A program made the position numbers and the translations under genes. Below the pieces are notes generated by a model. It was not told the origin of the DNA, searched no databases, and was given only the letters and a program-made list of their open reading frames with translations. A stretch of 64,000 nucleotides of DNA from Myxococcota bacterium (GTDB lineage: Bacteria > Myxococcota_A > UBA796 > GCA-2862545). Below are positions 39,340-47,614 of this stretch, piece by piece; the stretch's first letter is position 1; the number at the start of each line of letters is the position of its first letter. The stretch covers positions 1 through 64,000 of the forward strand of contig JBCCQY010000010.1 of the NCBI GenBank assembly GCA_039208735.1, written 5' to 3'.

Positions 39340-39433
39340 TCACGCCCTCCCGCCACGCCGTTTGTCGCGCCGGCGTCTATCCGATTCCGGTGTCGCGATC
39401 GCACGCACCGCAAACGGGGAAGGGAAACGGGAC

Positions 39434-39970
39434 TTACAGGTAGGGCTCCCATTCTGGGGGCGCGTCTCCGACGACCATGCCGCGCCGACCGAGCTGCAAC
39501 GCAGACGGTTCCCGTGGCGTTTCACGCAACGGCATGCCGGCCTCGTCGGGCGTCTGATTGCCTTTGCGGCGATTGCACGCCGGACAGGCGGTCACCACAT
39601 TGGACCATTCGGTTCGGCCCCCACGCGAGCGGGGCTGGATGTGGTCGATGGTGAGCTGCGCCGACGTGCCTTCCTGACCGCAATAGCCACACGCATATCC
39701 ATCACGTAGAAGGACGTTGCGCCGCGTGGGCGGGACGACCTGGGGCAGTCGGTGCATCCAGCCAGGCACCCGGATGACGGCGGGAATGGGGAATTCTGCG
39801 TGAGCGGTGCGAATCGTGCGCTCATAGTACTCGAGCACTTCGACACGGTCACCGAGGTCGAGACACACCGCACGTCGCCAGCCAATCGCTCGTAAGGGCC
39901 TGAACGCCTTGTCGAGAAGCAAGGCGCGACACAACTCCAGCGGAAGGATGGAGACCACCACAGCAGACAC
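39434..39970 (-). CDS. HNH endonuclease (small Zn-finger type)
   Basis: RRNVLLRDGYACGYCG, LTIDHIQPRSRGG and NVVTACPACNRRKG motifs. Start uncertain. Confidence 0.92.
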   Translation of the reverse strand: MSAVVVSILPLELCRALLLDKAFRPLRAIGWRRAVCLDLGDRVEVLEYYERTIRTAHAEFPIPAVIRVPGWMHRLPQVVPPTRRNVLLRDGYACGYCGQEGTSAQLTIDHIQPRSRGGRTEWSNVVTACPACNRRKGNQTPDEAGMPLRETPREPSALQLGRRGMVVGDAPPEWEPYL

Positions 39971-39999
39971 TTATCGCATTGCACCGTTAAAGACCGGGC

Positions 40000-41265
40000 G
40001 TGAACGGAACCCAGCTCCCCGAAATCGTGACTCCGGTCCCCGGCCCAGAATCCGTGGCCCGCATCGACGTGCTCGCACGCCACGAATGCCCTGCCATCAC
40101 CGCGCGCCGGGCCCGACGGGCCGAGCACCTTGGGACAGCAAATGACGATCCGGTGGTCTGGGACGAGGCCGTAGGGTCGAACATCCGCGACGTCGACGGA
40201 AATCGATTCGTGGACTGGTTGTCCGGCTTCGGGGTCACCCTCGTCGGCCATCGGCATCCTACGGTGGTCGCAGCCGCCCAAGCGCAAGCGGACAAGTTGC
40301 CCCACGCGATGGGCGACGCCTGGCCCGACCAGTCCCGCATCCGATTGCTGGAACGGCTCGCCGCCTTCGCCCCCGACCCCTTGTCGGTCATCGTGCTGGG
40401 GCTTTCGGGGTCCGATGCCATCGATGCCGCGGTGAAAACCGCCCGATTGGCCACCGGTCGCGCCGGGGTTCTCACCTTCGAAGGCGGCTACCATGGCTTG
40501 GCTTTGGGTGTGGTGGGCCTTCAAAGCGCACGGCCCCAGTTCACCGAGCCGTTTGCCGACATCGTGCATCCCCACGTTCATCGATTGCCCCTCGGTGCGT
40601 CGCCGCACGACGTCGAGGCGCTCTTGCAGCACGGGGAGATCGGGCTCGTGCTGGGTGAACCGATGCAGGGTCGCGGCGGGTTTCGGGAGGCTCCGCAGGG
40701 ATTTTGGGCCGAAACCGCGGCCATCGCTCGTCGACACGGTGCCTTGTTTGCCTTCGACGAAGTGCTGACCGGGATGGGACGCACCGGCGTGCCGTTCGCC
40801 TGTACCGATGAAGGGGTCATCCCCGACCTCCTTTGCGTAGGCAAAGCACTCGCTGGAGGATGGCCTCTGTCGGCATGCATCGGAACCCCCGAGGCCATGG
40901 CCGCGTGGGGAGCGAGTCAGGGCGAGGCCATCCATACGCAGACCTTCCTCGGTCATCCGGTAGGATGCGCCGCCGCGCTCGGCGTCTTTGAGCTGTTCGA
41001 CCAGGGCTTACTCGACGCGATTCAAGCTCGATCCCGCGCCCTCGACGACCGGTTCGAGGGACTTCGGGGACGGGGCCTCATGCGCGCCTTGGCCCTCCGA
41101 CCAGGCAGTGATGCCCTCGCAGTGAGCCGACAGCTCCTGCAGGAGGGGCATCTCATCCTGCCGGCCGACGCCGAGTCGCTGCAGATCACGCCCGCCGTGA
41201 CGTTGTCGGATGCCCAAATCGACCACTTCGCGGGTCGTCTTGAAGGGTTGGGAGCACTGTTGTGA
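40000..41265 (+). CDS. Class-III PLP aminotransferase (GABA/ornithine AT family)
   Basis: DVDGNRFVD, SGSDAIDAAVK, GGYHG, EPMQGRGG, FDEVLTGMGRTG, PDLLCVGK, HTQTFLGHP. Confidence 0.93.
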   Translation: MNGTQLPEIVTPVPGPESVARIDVLARHECPAITARRARRAEHLGTANDDPVVWDEAVGSNIRDVDGNRFVDWLSGFGVTLVGHRHPTVVAAAQAQADKLPHAMGDAWPDQSRIRLLERLAAFAPDPLSVIVLGLSGSDAIDAAVKTARLATGRAGVLTFEGGYHGLALGVVGLQSARPQFTEPFADIVHPHVHRLPLGASPHDVEALLQHGEIGLVLGEPMQGRGGFREAPQGFWAETAAIARRHGALFAFDEVLTGMGRTGVPFACTDEGVIPDLLCVGKALAGGWPLSACIGTPEAMAAWGASQGEAIHTQTFLGHPVGCAAALGVFELFDQGLLDAIQARSRALDDRFEGLRGRGLMRALALRPGSDALAVSRQLLQEGHLILPADAESLQITPAVTLSDAQIDHFAGRLEGLGALL

Positions 41266-42272
41266 ACTGGACTGGCCCTGCTCTTGCGCTCGCCGAGCGC
41301 ATCCTTGCCTTCATGGAGGCGTCACTGAAAGGAGAGGTGCCCGAACCCTTCGAAGCGTTGGCGCTCGATATCCACGCGTTCCAAACCGAGCGGGCGCCGG
41401 TCGTCGCGGCGCTGCGTCCCGACCGCGTGGACCACTGGACCCAGATCCCTGCGGTGCCGGTTGGCTTGTTCAAGGACCTTCCGGTGGGAACCCTCCAGGC
41501 GGACGAACCAGCCACGGTCTTCCGCACGTCAGGCACGACCGGCGGAGGTCGTGGGGTCCATCGGATTCGGAGCACCGCCTTGTATGACCAAGGTGCATTG
41601 GCGTGGGCTCGACGTTGTGTACCAGGTGCGCCGGCCCGTATCGTGGCCCTCCTCGACGACGCCCGGCAGGTGCCCGACGCCTCGCTTTCGCACATGGTTG
41701 CGCAGTTCGGCGAGGCCACCTGGACCGTAGACAACGGCGTGCTCGACGTGGCCGCAACGCAGCAAGCGACGCTGGGCGAGGCGGTATTCGTCACCACGAC
41801 AGCCTTCGCCATGGCCGAGTACCTCGACAGTGGGCCACCCCCATTGCCCCCCGGCTCGGTGGTGATGGTGACCGGCGGCTTCAAGGGACGGGTGCATCGG
41901 CTCGAAGGCGCATCCCTCTACCGCGCCATCCGGGAACGTCTGGCCCCCGCGCGACTGGTCACAGAATACGGCATGACCGAGCTTTCGAGCCAACTCTGGG
42001 GGACTCCCCAAACGGCTTACGCCCCGCCCCCATGGCTCAAGGTGCTCGCGGTGAACCCCGTGACCGGAGAGGTCCTGCCGGCCGGTACCGAAGGGCAGCT
42101 CCGGTTTGTGGACCTTGCGAACCTCGACAGCACTATCGGTATCGAGACCATGGACGCCGGGGTCGTGCGGCCCGACGGCACCGTCGAGCTACGCGGTCGC
42201 TTGGCCGGCGCCCCCTCTCGAGGGTGTTCGCTCACGGTGGAGGAAGCATGGGGCCGCGCCTCGAACGCGTAG
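41262..42272 (+). CDS. LuxE-like acyl-protein synthetase
   Basis: IPAVPVGLFK, FRTSGTTG (adenylation loop), TGGFKG, EYGMTELSSQ, DLANL, and C-terminal RGCS acylation Cys. GTGA overlap with the aminotransferase. Confidence 0.88.
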   Translation: MNWTGPALALAERILAFMEASLKGEVPEPFEALALDIHAFQTERAPVVAALRPDRVDHWTQIPAVPVGLFKDLPVGTLQADEPATVFRTSGTTGGGRGVHRIRSTALYDQGALAWARRCVPGAPARIVALLDDARQVPDASLSHMVAQFGEATWTVDNGVLDVAATQQATLGEAVFVTTTAFAMAEYLDSGPPPLPPGSVVMVTGGFKGRVHRLEGASLYRAIRERLAPARLVTEYGMTELSSQLWGTPQTAYAPPPWLKVLAVNPVTGEVLPAGTEGQLRFVDLANLDSTIGIETMDAGVVRPDGTVELRGRLAGAPSRGCSLTVEEAWGRASNA

Positions 42273-43243
42273 TGGCGTGGCTTGAGGCCCTGCACCACTT
42301 CGACCCGGCCCCGCGCTGTCCGCATTTGTCGGCGCAGGGCGCCCGTGCGGCGTGGGAAGCCGCGCTGGCCTCGCTGACCCCCGAAGCCCTCACTCGGGCC
42401 GTGACGCGTCCAGGGGAGCCCTACGACCGTGCGGTGATGGTCGTGGCGCGTACCGTCTTTACCGCTCCCCTCGAATGGGCGGCCGTGCTCCTCGCTCGGG
42501 GGACCGAACTGACCCTCAAGCCCTCGTCCGCCGATGCTGGATTTGCAGAGGAACTCGTGCAAATGGCCCAGGCGCAAGGCCTCCCTCTCTTTGCGACCTC
42601 CGACCGCGACATCGTTGGCCAGTTGCCTCTCGTCGTGGTCATGGGAACCGATGAAACGGTCGATCAGGTGCGTGCAGCCGCGGCTCCAGACGCCCGTGTC
42701 CTCGGATTTGGCCATCGTTTCGGGGCCGCGTACCTCACGACCGCAGAGGGCTTTGCCGCAATCGGCCCTGACCTTGCTCTTCACGACGGCCTTGGCTGCA
42801 TGTCACCCGCGATGGTCTTTACCGACTGGCCAGAAGACGAGGCCACCGCTGCCTTGGCGCAATCCTGGCGTGCGATCGACGCCCAGTGGCCGAGCGGCCC
42901 CATCGACCCCATTGCGGGCGCGCAAATCCGCCAGCGTGAGGCATTGGCCCGCGTACTGGGTCAGGTCAGCAAGGACCGGGGGTGGTCCGTTCACGCCCTG
43001 CCGCGCGACCGGTTCGCTCCGGGAGCCCTCCCGCGCAGCGTGGTCGTCCACGCGATGAGCCACCGCGAACACGTCGAAACGGTGTTTCGAGACCACGAAA
43101 AGCAGCTATCGACGGTAGGTACCGACGACCCTCACCTCAGCGTTCCCGACTCGGCACGGGTCTGTCGCCCTGGCGAAATGCAACGACCGCCACTGGTGCG
43201 TTTCCACGATGGGGTCGATTGGCTCGGTGCGACACTCCGTTGA
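42248..43243 (+). CDS. LuxC-like acyl-CoA/acyl-protein reductase
   Basis: LKPSS, MGTDETV, GFGHRFG, HDGLGCMSP (catalytic Cys), GEMQRPP...HDG. True start taken as ATG 42248 inside track ORF 41603-43243. Confidence 0.85.
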   Translation: MGPRLERVVAWLEALHHFDPAPRCPHLSAQGARAAWEAALASLTPEALTRAVTRPGEPYDRAVMVVARTVFTAPLEWAAVLLARGTELTLKPSSADAGFAEELVQMAQAQGLPLFATSDRDIVGQLPLVVVMGTDETVDQVRAAAAPDARVLGFGHRFGAAYLTTAEGFAAIGPDLALHDGLGCMSPAMVFTDWPEDEATAALAQSWRAIDAQWPSGPIDPIAGAQIRQREALARVLGQVSKDRGWSVHALPRDRFAPGALPRSVVVHAMSHREHVETVFRDHEKQLSTVGTDDPHLSVPDSARVCRPGEMQRPPLVRFHDGVDWLGATLR

Positions 43244-43297
43244 AAAATTGTTGACACCTCACCGAGCCGACAGCCACAGTGCGTTCCGAACGGTCGA

Positions 43298-43371
43298 TGG
43301 GCCCGCCAGGACTCGAACCTGGGCACTGCCGGGTATGAGCCGGCTGCTCTGACCAACTGAGCTACAGGCCC
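43298..43371 (-). tRNA. tRNA with CAT anticodon, most likely tRNA-Ile2 (lysidine); CCA not encoded
   Basis: GGGCCTG/CGGGCCC acceptor stem, TAGCTCAGTTGG D-arm, GCCGG-CTCATAC-CCGGC anticodon arm, GGTTCGAGTCC T-arm. Paired G1:C72 and C4/C5 acceptor bases fit Ile2 rather than initiator Met. Confidence 0.93.
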
Positions 43372-43431
43372 TCGAACCAGTTCGGAACGTCATGACGTCC
43401 GGTACGGACCAGATACCGCAAGTTTGACGAG

Positions 43432-43440
43432 ATTTTAACA
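43432..43440 (-). promoter_or_regulatory. Extended -10 promoter candidate for the tRNA
   Basis: Minus strand TG-T-TAAAAT about 60 nt upstream of the tRNA. Confidence 0.5.
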
Positions 43441-43471
43441 ACCGCGGAGTGAGCACTCCCTGAGATCCGCT

Positions 43472-44881
43472 TCAGCGGCGGCGATTCGTCGGGCGTCGCT
43501 TCCGACGGTCTCCTCTCCGAGGGTCGCGCCCGCGGCGCGCAGTCCGGTCTTCCTCGACCCGCTTGATGCGGCCGGTACGAACTCGTTGAATCACTTCGAC
43601 CGGGCCTGGTGCGAGGCGCAGCACGTCTCCGTTTCGCATGCGCACCGCGCCGAAACCTTGATCCTCGGCCAGCGCCGCGTGGGCTTCCAACTTCGAAGGG
43701 GTCCCATGCACCGGGACAATGAACTTCGGCTGTACCCACTCGTACAGTGCGCGCAGTTCGTCGCGCCGTGGATGTCCGCTCACATGGACGGCCGCGGTGT
43801 CACTCCGAACAATGTTGACCCCACGCTCATTGAGCAGCTTTTCAATGCGCGCAATGAAGAGTTCATTGCCCGGAATCGCCCGCGCGCTGAACACCACGGT
43901 GTCGTCAGGCTCAAAATAGGCATCACGATGCTGATCGGCGGCCAACCTCGACAGTCCTGCGCGTGGTTCACCCTGGGATCCGGTACAGAGCAACAACACC
44001 CGATCGCGTGGAATGAAGCCGAACTCTCGTAGCGAAACGAACGGGGGTAGATCGGTGAGGTAACCCGCCCGTTGGGCAGCTTGGACGGTGCGCTGAAGCG
44101 AACGTCCCAACAACATGGGATGCCGATCTGCCTCAAGCGCGGCCTTCACGATGGTCCGAATTCGCGCGACGTTCGATGCAAACAGCGTAAACGCGACCCG
44201 ATGTTCGCACCCTGCAAGGAGCCGCTGGATCGGAGCCTTCAGGCTTCCTTCGCTAGGCGTCCAACCCTCCTGGTCGGCATTGGTCGAGTCGCTCACACAG
44301 GCCACGACCTGCTCATCGGCGAGGCGCTGGAGCGCCCGCTGATCGCTCGTGCGGCCTTCGACCGGGTCTGGATCGAGCTTCCAATCTCCGGTGTGCAGCA
44401 CCGCCCCTCGGCTCGTGCGAATGATCAAGGCGCCCATCTCGACCGTGGAGTGGGTGAGGGGGACCCGCTGCAACTCAAAGGGCCCCAACTTGATCTTCGC
44501 TCGCTCGTCGAGCAGTCGAATGGGCACTTCATCGGTAAGGTTGGCCTCGGCCAATGCAGATTGCAGCATCGCAGCACAGAAGCGGGTGGCAAACACCCGA
44601 CAGCGCAACACCGGCCACAGGTCGACCACGGCTCCGATGTGGTCTTGGTGCGCGTGGGTGAGGATGAGCCCTTCGAGCTGATGGCGCCGCGCAACGATGA
44701 AGGAGGGATCTGGGTAGACCGCGTGCATGTCGTGCGGGCCATCACGGCCGAACATGACCCCGCAATCCACCATGAGCCATCGGCCCGAGGTGTGGTACAG
44801 GTTCAGGTTCATCCCGATTTCCCCGGTTCCCCCAAGGGGTAGGAAGTGCAGGGCCGCGGGGTCGAGTGATTCGGGTTGCAA
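43472..44881 (-). CDS. rnj: Ribonuclease J
   Basis: PLGGTGEIGMN, THAHQDHIG, HTGDWK, SDSTNA, FASNVAR, TGSQGEP, IPGNE, HVSGH, PVHG; AGGAGG SD. Confidence 0.95.
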   Translation of the reverse strand: MQPESLDPAALHFLPLGGTGEIGMNLNLYHTSGRWLMVDCGVMFGRDGPHDMHAVYPDPSFIVARRHQLEGLILTHAHQDHIGAVVDLWPVLRCRVFATRFCAAMLQSALAEANLTDEVPIRLLDERAKIKLGPFELQRVPLTHSTVEMGALIIRTSRGAVLHTGDWKLDPDPVEGRTSDQRALQRLADEQVVACVSDSTNADQEGWTPSEGSLKAPIQRLLAGCEHRVAFTLFASNVARIRTIVKAALEADRHPMLLGRSLQRTVQAAQRAGYLTDLPPFVSLREFGFIPRDRVLLLCTGSQGEPRAGLSRLAADQHRDAYFEPDDTVVFSARAIPGNELFIARIEKLLNERGVNIVRSDTAAVHVSGHPRRDELRALYEWVQPKFIVPVHGTPSKLEAHAALAEDQGFGAVRMRNGDVLRLAPGPVEVIQRVRTGRIKRVEEDRTARRGRDPRRGDRRKRRPTNRRR

Positions 44882-44961
44882 GACCGCCTCCTAACGCTTG
44901 AACAAGACATCTGGCGGGACGGGGTGAATCAGTGGTACGCCGTCGTCGCGGAGGAGTAGGC

Positions 44962-45459
44962 GTGACCGTTCGATCGATGGCAATTGGGCTCGCTGGCCTT
45001 GTGGCCTGCACCGGCGGAGACCCATGTGAGGAGACGGCTGGAATCAGCCCAAGTCTCGTCCTTGGTGAGGGGGAGGACGAGTTCGAACGTGAGCTAATGG
45101 AAGGCGACACGATGCTCGCCGAACGGGGCCCCCAAGGGGGCATCCACATCTGGCCGGCCGTGCAAACCACCGGGTTCGCACCGGGCACGCGAGGCGGACC
45201 GCTGCAAGCCGACCGCAATCCGCCCATCTTCACGGCTGCTCTCTACGACGGAGACGCCCTGCTCGAGAGCGTGTCGACCCAGCTCGCGATGCAAGGAGAC
45301 GCGAGCTTGGCCGAACTGTCGTTGTTCCGTCTGCCGTTGAGCTACGCCCCCGAAGAAGTCTACTACCAGGCCGTGCCCTTCCGGCTCGAGGTCTCGGGCA
45401 TCGACGTCTGCGGTACGACCGTCTCGGCCGAGCGAAACATCAACATCCAGTTTCAGTGA
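44962..45459 (+). CDS. Hypothetical lipoprotein
   Basis: GGAGGAG SD, lipobox-like LVAC, GPQGGIHIW motif. Confidence 0.7.
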   Translation: MTVRSMAIGLAGLVACTGGDPCEETAGISPSLVLGEGEDEFERELMEGDTMLAERGPQGGIHIWPAVQTTGFAPGTRGGPLQADRNPPIFTAALYDGDALLESVSTQLAMQGDASLAELSLFRLPLSYAPEEVYYQAVPFRLEVSGIDVCGTTVSAERNINIQFQ

Positions 45460-45461
45460 AG

Positions 45462-45794
45462 TCAGCCTCCGGGCTCGATCTCGTACTGGCACTGCCAACA
45501 CACCGCAAACCCGGGTTCCCAAGTGGCTCCACAGTTTGGGCACGTCTTGGGCCCCGTACTGGGTGCCTGCGCGGCCGCGACCTCTTCCAAAGCGGCGAGG
45601 GTCTGACGGGCCAACTCGGCCTGATGATCAGGAACAAGCACCCGAACGGGTAAGATGTGCGCCCCCGCTCCCACCGAAGCGGCCAAGTCGGGCGACGTGA
45701 CCACCACCTGGATTCCCCGATCCTTCAGCACAGACGCCTTAATTTGCGCTTCTGCGGTGTAGGAACTCCGGAACACCTCGACCAGATCTGCCAC
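45462..45794 (-). CDS. DUF2007-like (putative signal-transducing) protein with C-terminal zinc ribbon
   Basis: EAQIKASVLKDRGI...VRVLVP...AELAR, then CPNCG...FAVCWQC; GAGG SD before GTG 45794. Confidence 0.8.
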   Translation of the reverse strand: MADLVEVFRSSYTAEAQIKASVLKDRGIQVVVTSPDLAASVGAGAHILPVRVLVPDHQAELARQTLAALEEVAAAQAPSTGPKTCPNCGATWEPGFAVCWQCQYEIEPGG

Positions 45795-46066
45795 GTCACA
45801 CCTCTGCGGAGGGCTACCGTTTCTACGACCCGTGGTCCAGGGGACACCCGCGCCCCACCCGGTCCGAGACCAATTTGCCGCACCTGATGCCGGTCCCGTT
45901 CCACGAGTAGGCTCTCTAGCGTGTTGTCGAGGGCCGATCCGCTCGGACCGGTCCTTGCAAGCTGAACACCGACTCGTGTGCGAGACCTTCACACGACAGA
46001 TCAGGTTTTCTCTCGTCTTTTACGGAAGAAGCCTCGGTATGCCACCGGTTTCAGGAGCACGGCTAC

Positions 46067-47614
46067 ATGGTGTCGATCCCTCTCCTCCTCTTTGGGTGCG
46101 GCGGCGGCGAAGACCCTGCCCCAACCACCGAACAGGCCGCCCCATGGGCCACTCGGCGGCTCACGCGCGAGCAACTGCAGTTCACCCTGCTCGACACTCT
46201 CGGGGTCGACATTACCCCCCGATTGAGCTGGCTTCCGCAGGAGGTTCGCGCCGAGGGGTTCACCAATACCGACATCGCCCTTGTGGCCACGGCCGACCAC
46301 ATCGAAGGCTGGTCACAGCTCGCACCGTGGGTCGCCGAGCAATGGGATGTCGAAGGATGGCGCGCGAACCAGCCCGCCTGTGATGACCCCTCCGCCGCCT
46401 GTGTCAATGCGCTGACCGAAGCCCTGTTGACCCCCTTGCTACGTCGAACGGCGACGACCGAGGATGTGGAGCGACTGGGACCGCTGTGGACGGTGGCCGC
46501 AGACGAGGACCTCGGGGTGGCAGGAGGGCTGCAGCTCATCCTCGAAGCAACCCTTCAAAGTACAGGATTTATCTACCACATCGAGGAAGAAGAGTTCAGC
46601 AACGGGGTACGGGAGGTCACCGGCACCGCACTTGCGAATCGGCTGGCCTACTTCGTGTGGCAGTCGGCTCCCGACGAAGCGCTTCGTCGTGCGGCGTTGG
46701 CCGGCGAACTCGATTCGGTCGAGGGTCGCCTCTCGGCCGTTGATCGCATGCTTGCGGATGAAACCAAGGCTCGCCGCGCAACCGATCGCTTCGCCAGAGA
46801 CTGGCTGGCCCTCGATGGCCTGCTCGGCTTGCAACGCAACGACGCCGATGCCGACGTCACTCGTGCCATGCATGAAGCCGCGGTGCGGAGCTGGCATCAC
46901 CACTTGTGGACGCGAGACGCGTCGGTCTACGAGGTGCTCGATGCCACCGAAGTGGTGCTCGATGCACGGTTGGCGCCCTGGTACGACGTCCCGCCACCCG
47001 ATGACTGGAGCGTGATCGATGCAGGCTCCTTGTCATTGCCCCGAAGCGGCGTCCTCACGTGGCCGGGCGTGCTGACCTCCACCGCGGACTCCGACGTTGG
47101 CGGCATTGTCGCGCGAGGGCTGTTCATCCGGGAGCACCTGTTCTGCGACACCGCCCTGCATCCCCCTGAAGAGCTGAACCTCTCGGAGTTTCGCACGCAC
47201 CTCGCTGCGGATGCCACGGAGCGCGACTACAGCGAGGACCGGCTCGCACGGGCGGACTGTGCAGGCTGTCACGCACAATTCGACCCCCTCGCCTATGGAC
47301 TGGTGCCGTTCGATGGGGTGGGTCGCTTCGACGCCACGGTCCGAGGCGACGGTTGGGTGCCCGACGCCCAAGGCCCCCTCGACTACGAAGATGCCGAGGG
47401 CTTGGGCGCGATCCTGGCCACCTCGTCACGGGCCCGGGAATGCCTCACTCGAAAGCACCTTCAGATGGCGTTGGGCCGCCCTCTCGAGGCCGAAGATCAG
47501 GTCACCGTCGACGCTGTCCATCGTGCGGCAGAGGCGGCCGGCGGAGCCTGGCCCGACCTCGTACGCGCCATCGTGGCGCACCCGATGTTTGTCACTGTCG
47601 CGGAGGAGCTGTGA
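46067..47614 (+). CDS. DUF1592/DUF1588 (PSD/PSCyt3) multidomain lipoprotein with CxxCH
   Basis: Lipobox LFGC, RRLTREQ, LANRLAYFVWQSAPDEAL, RGLFIREHLFC, CAGCHAQFDPLAYGL..FDGVGRF, ALGRPL. Confidence 0.88.
   Translation: MVSIPLLLFGCGGGEDPAPTTEQAAPWATRRLTREQLQFTLLDTLGVDITPRLSWLPQEVRAEGFTNTDIALVATADHIEGWSQLAPWVAEQWDVEGWRANQPACDDPSAACVNALTEALLTPLLRRTATTEDVERLGPLWTVAADEDLGVAGGLQLILEATLQSTGFIYHIEEEEFSNGVREVTGTALANRLAYFVWQSAPDEALRRAALAGELDSVEGRLSAVDRMLADETKARRATDRFARDWLALDGLLGLQRNDADADVTRAMHEAAVRSWHHHLWTRDASVYEVLDATEVVLDARLAPWYDVPPPDDWSVIDAGSLSLPRSGVLTWPGVLTSTADSDVGGIVARGLFIREHLFCDTALHPPEELNLSEFRTHLAADATERDYSEDRLARADCAGCHAQFDPLAYGLVPFDGVGRFDATVRGDGWVPDAQGPLDYEDAEGLGAILATSSRARECLTRKHLQMALGRPLEAEDQVTVDAVHRAAEAAGGAWPDLVRAIVAHPMFVTVAEEL

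Noticed and set aside
15643..39970. MTase plus HNH nuclease as a restriction-modification pair
   Set aside because: They are more than 22 kb apart, and the HNH is the small widespread stand-alone type.
41603..42247. N-terminal extension of track ORF 41603-43243 (also similar extensions of 47353, 50560, 51900 and 28979)
   Set aside because: The extensions overlap neighbouring genes in another frame or strand and are low-complexity; internal starts with SD or coupling fit better.
41262..43243. Bioluminescence (lux) operon
   Set aside because: No luxA/luxB luciferase, luxD or luxG in the window; luxCE homologues are common in non-luminous bacteria.
43298..43371. Initiator tRNA-fMet, or tRNA as an integration site
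   Set aside because: G1:C72 is paired and the anticodon stem lacks three consecutive G:C pairs of the initiator type. I saw no integrase or duplicated tRNA 3' end in the window.
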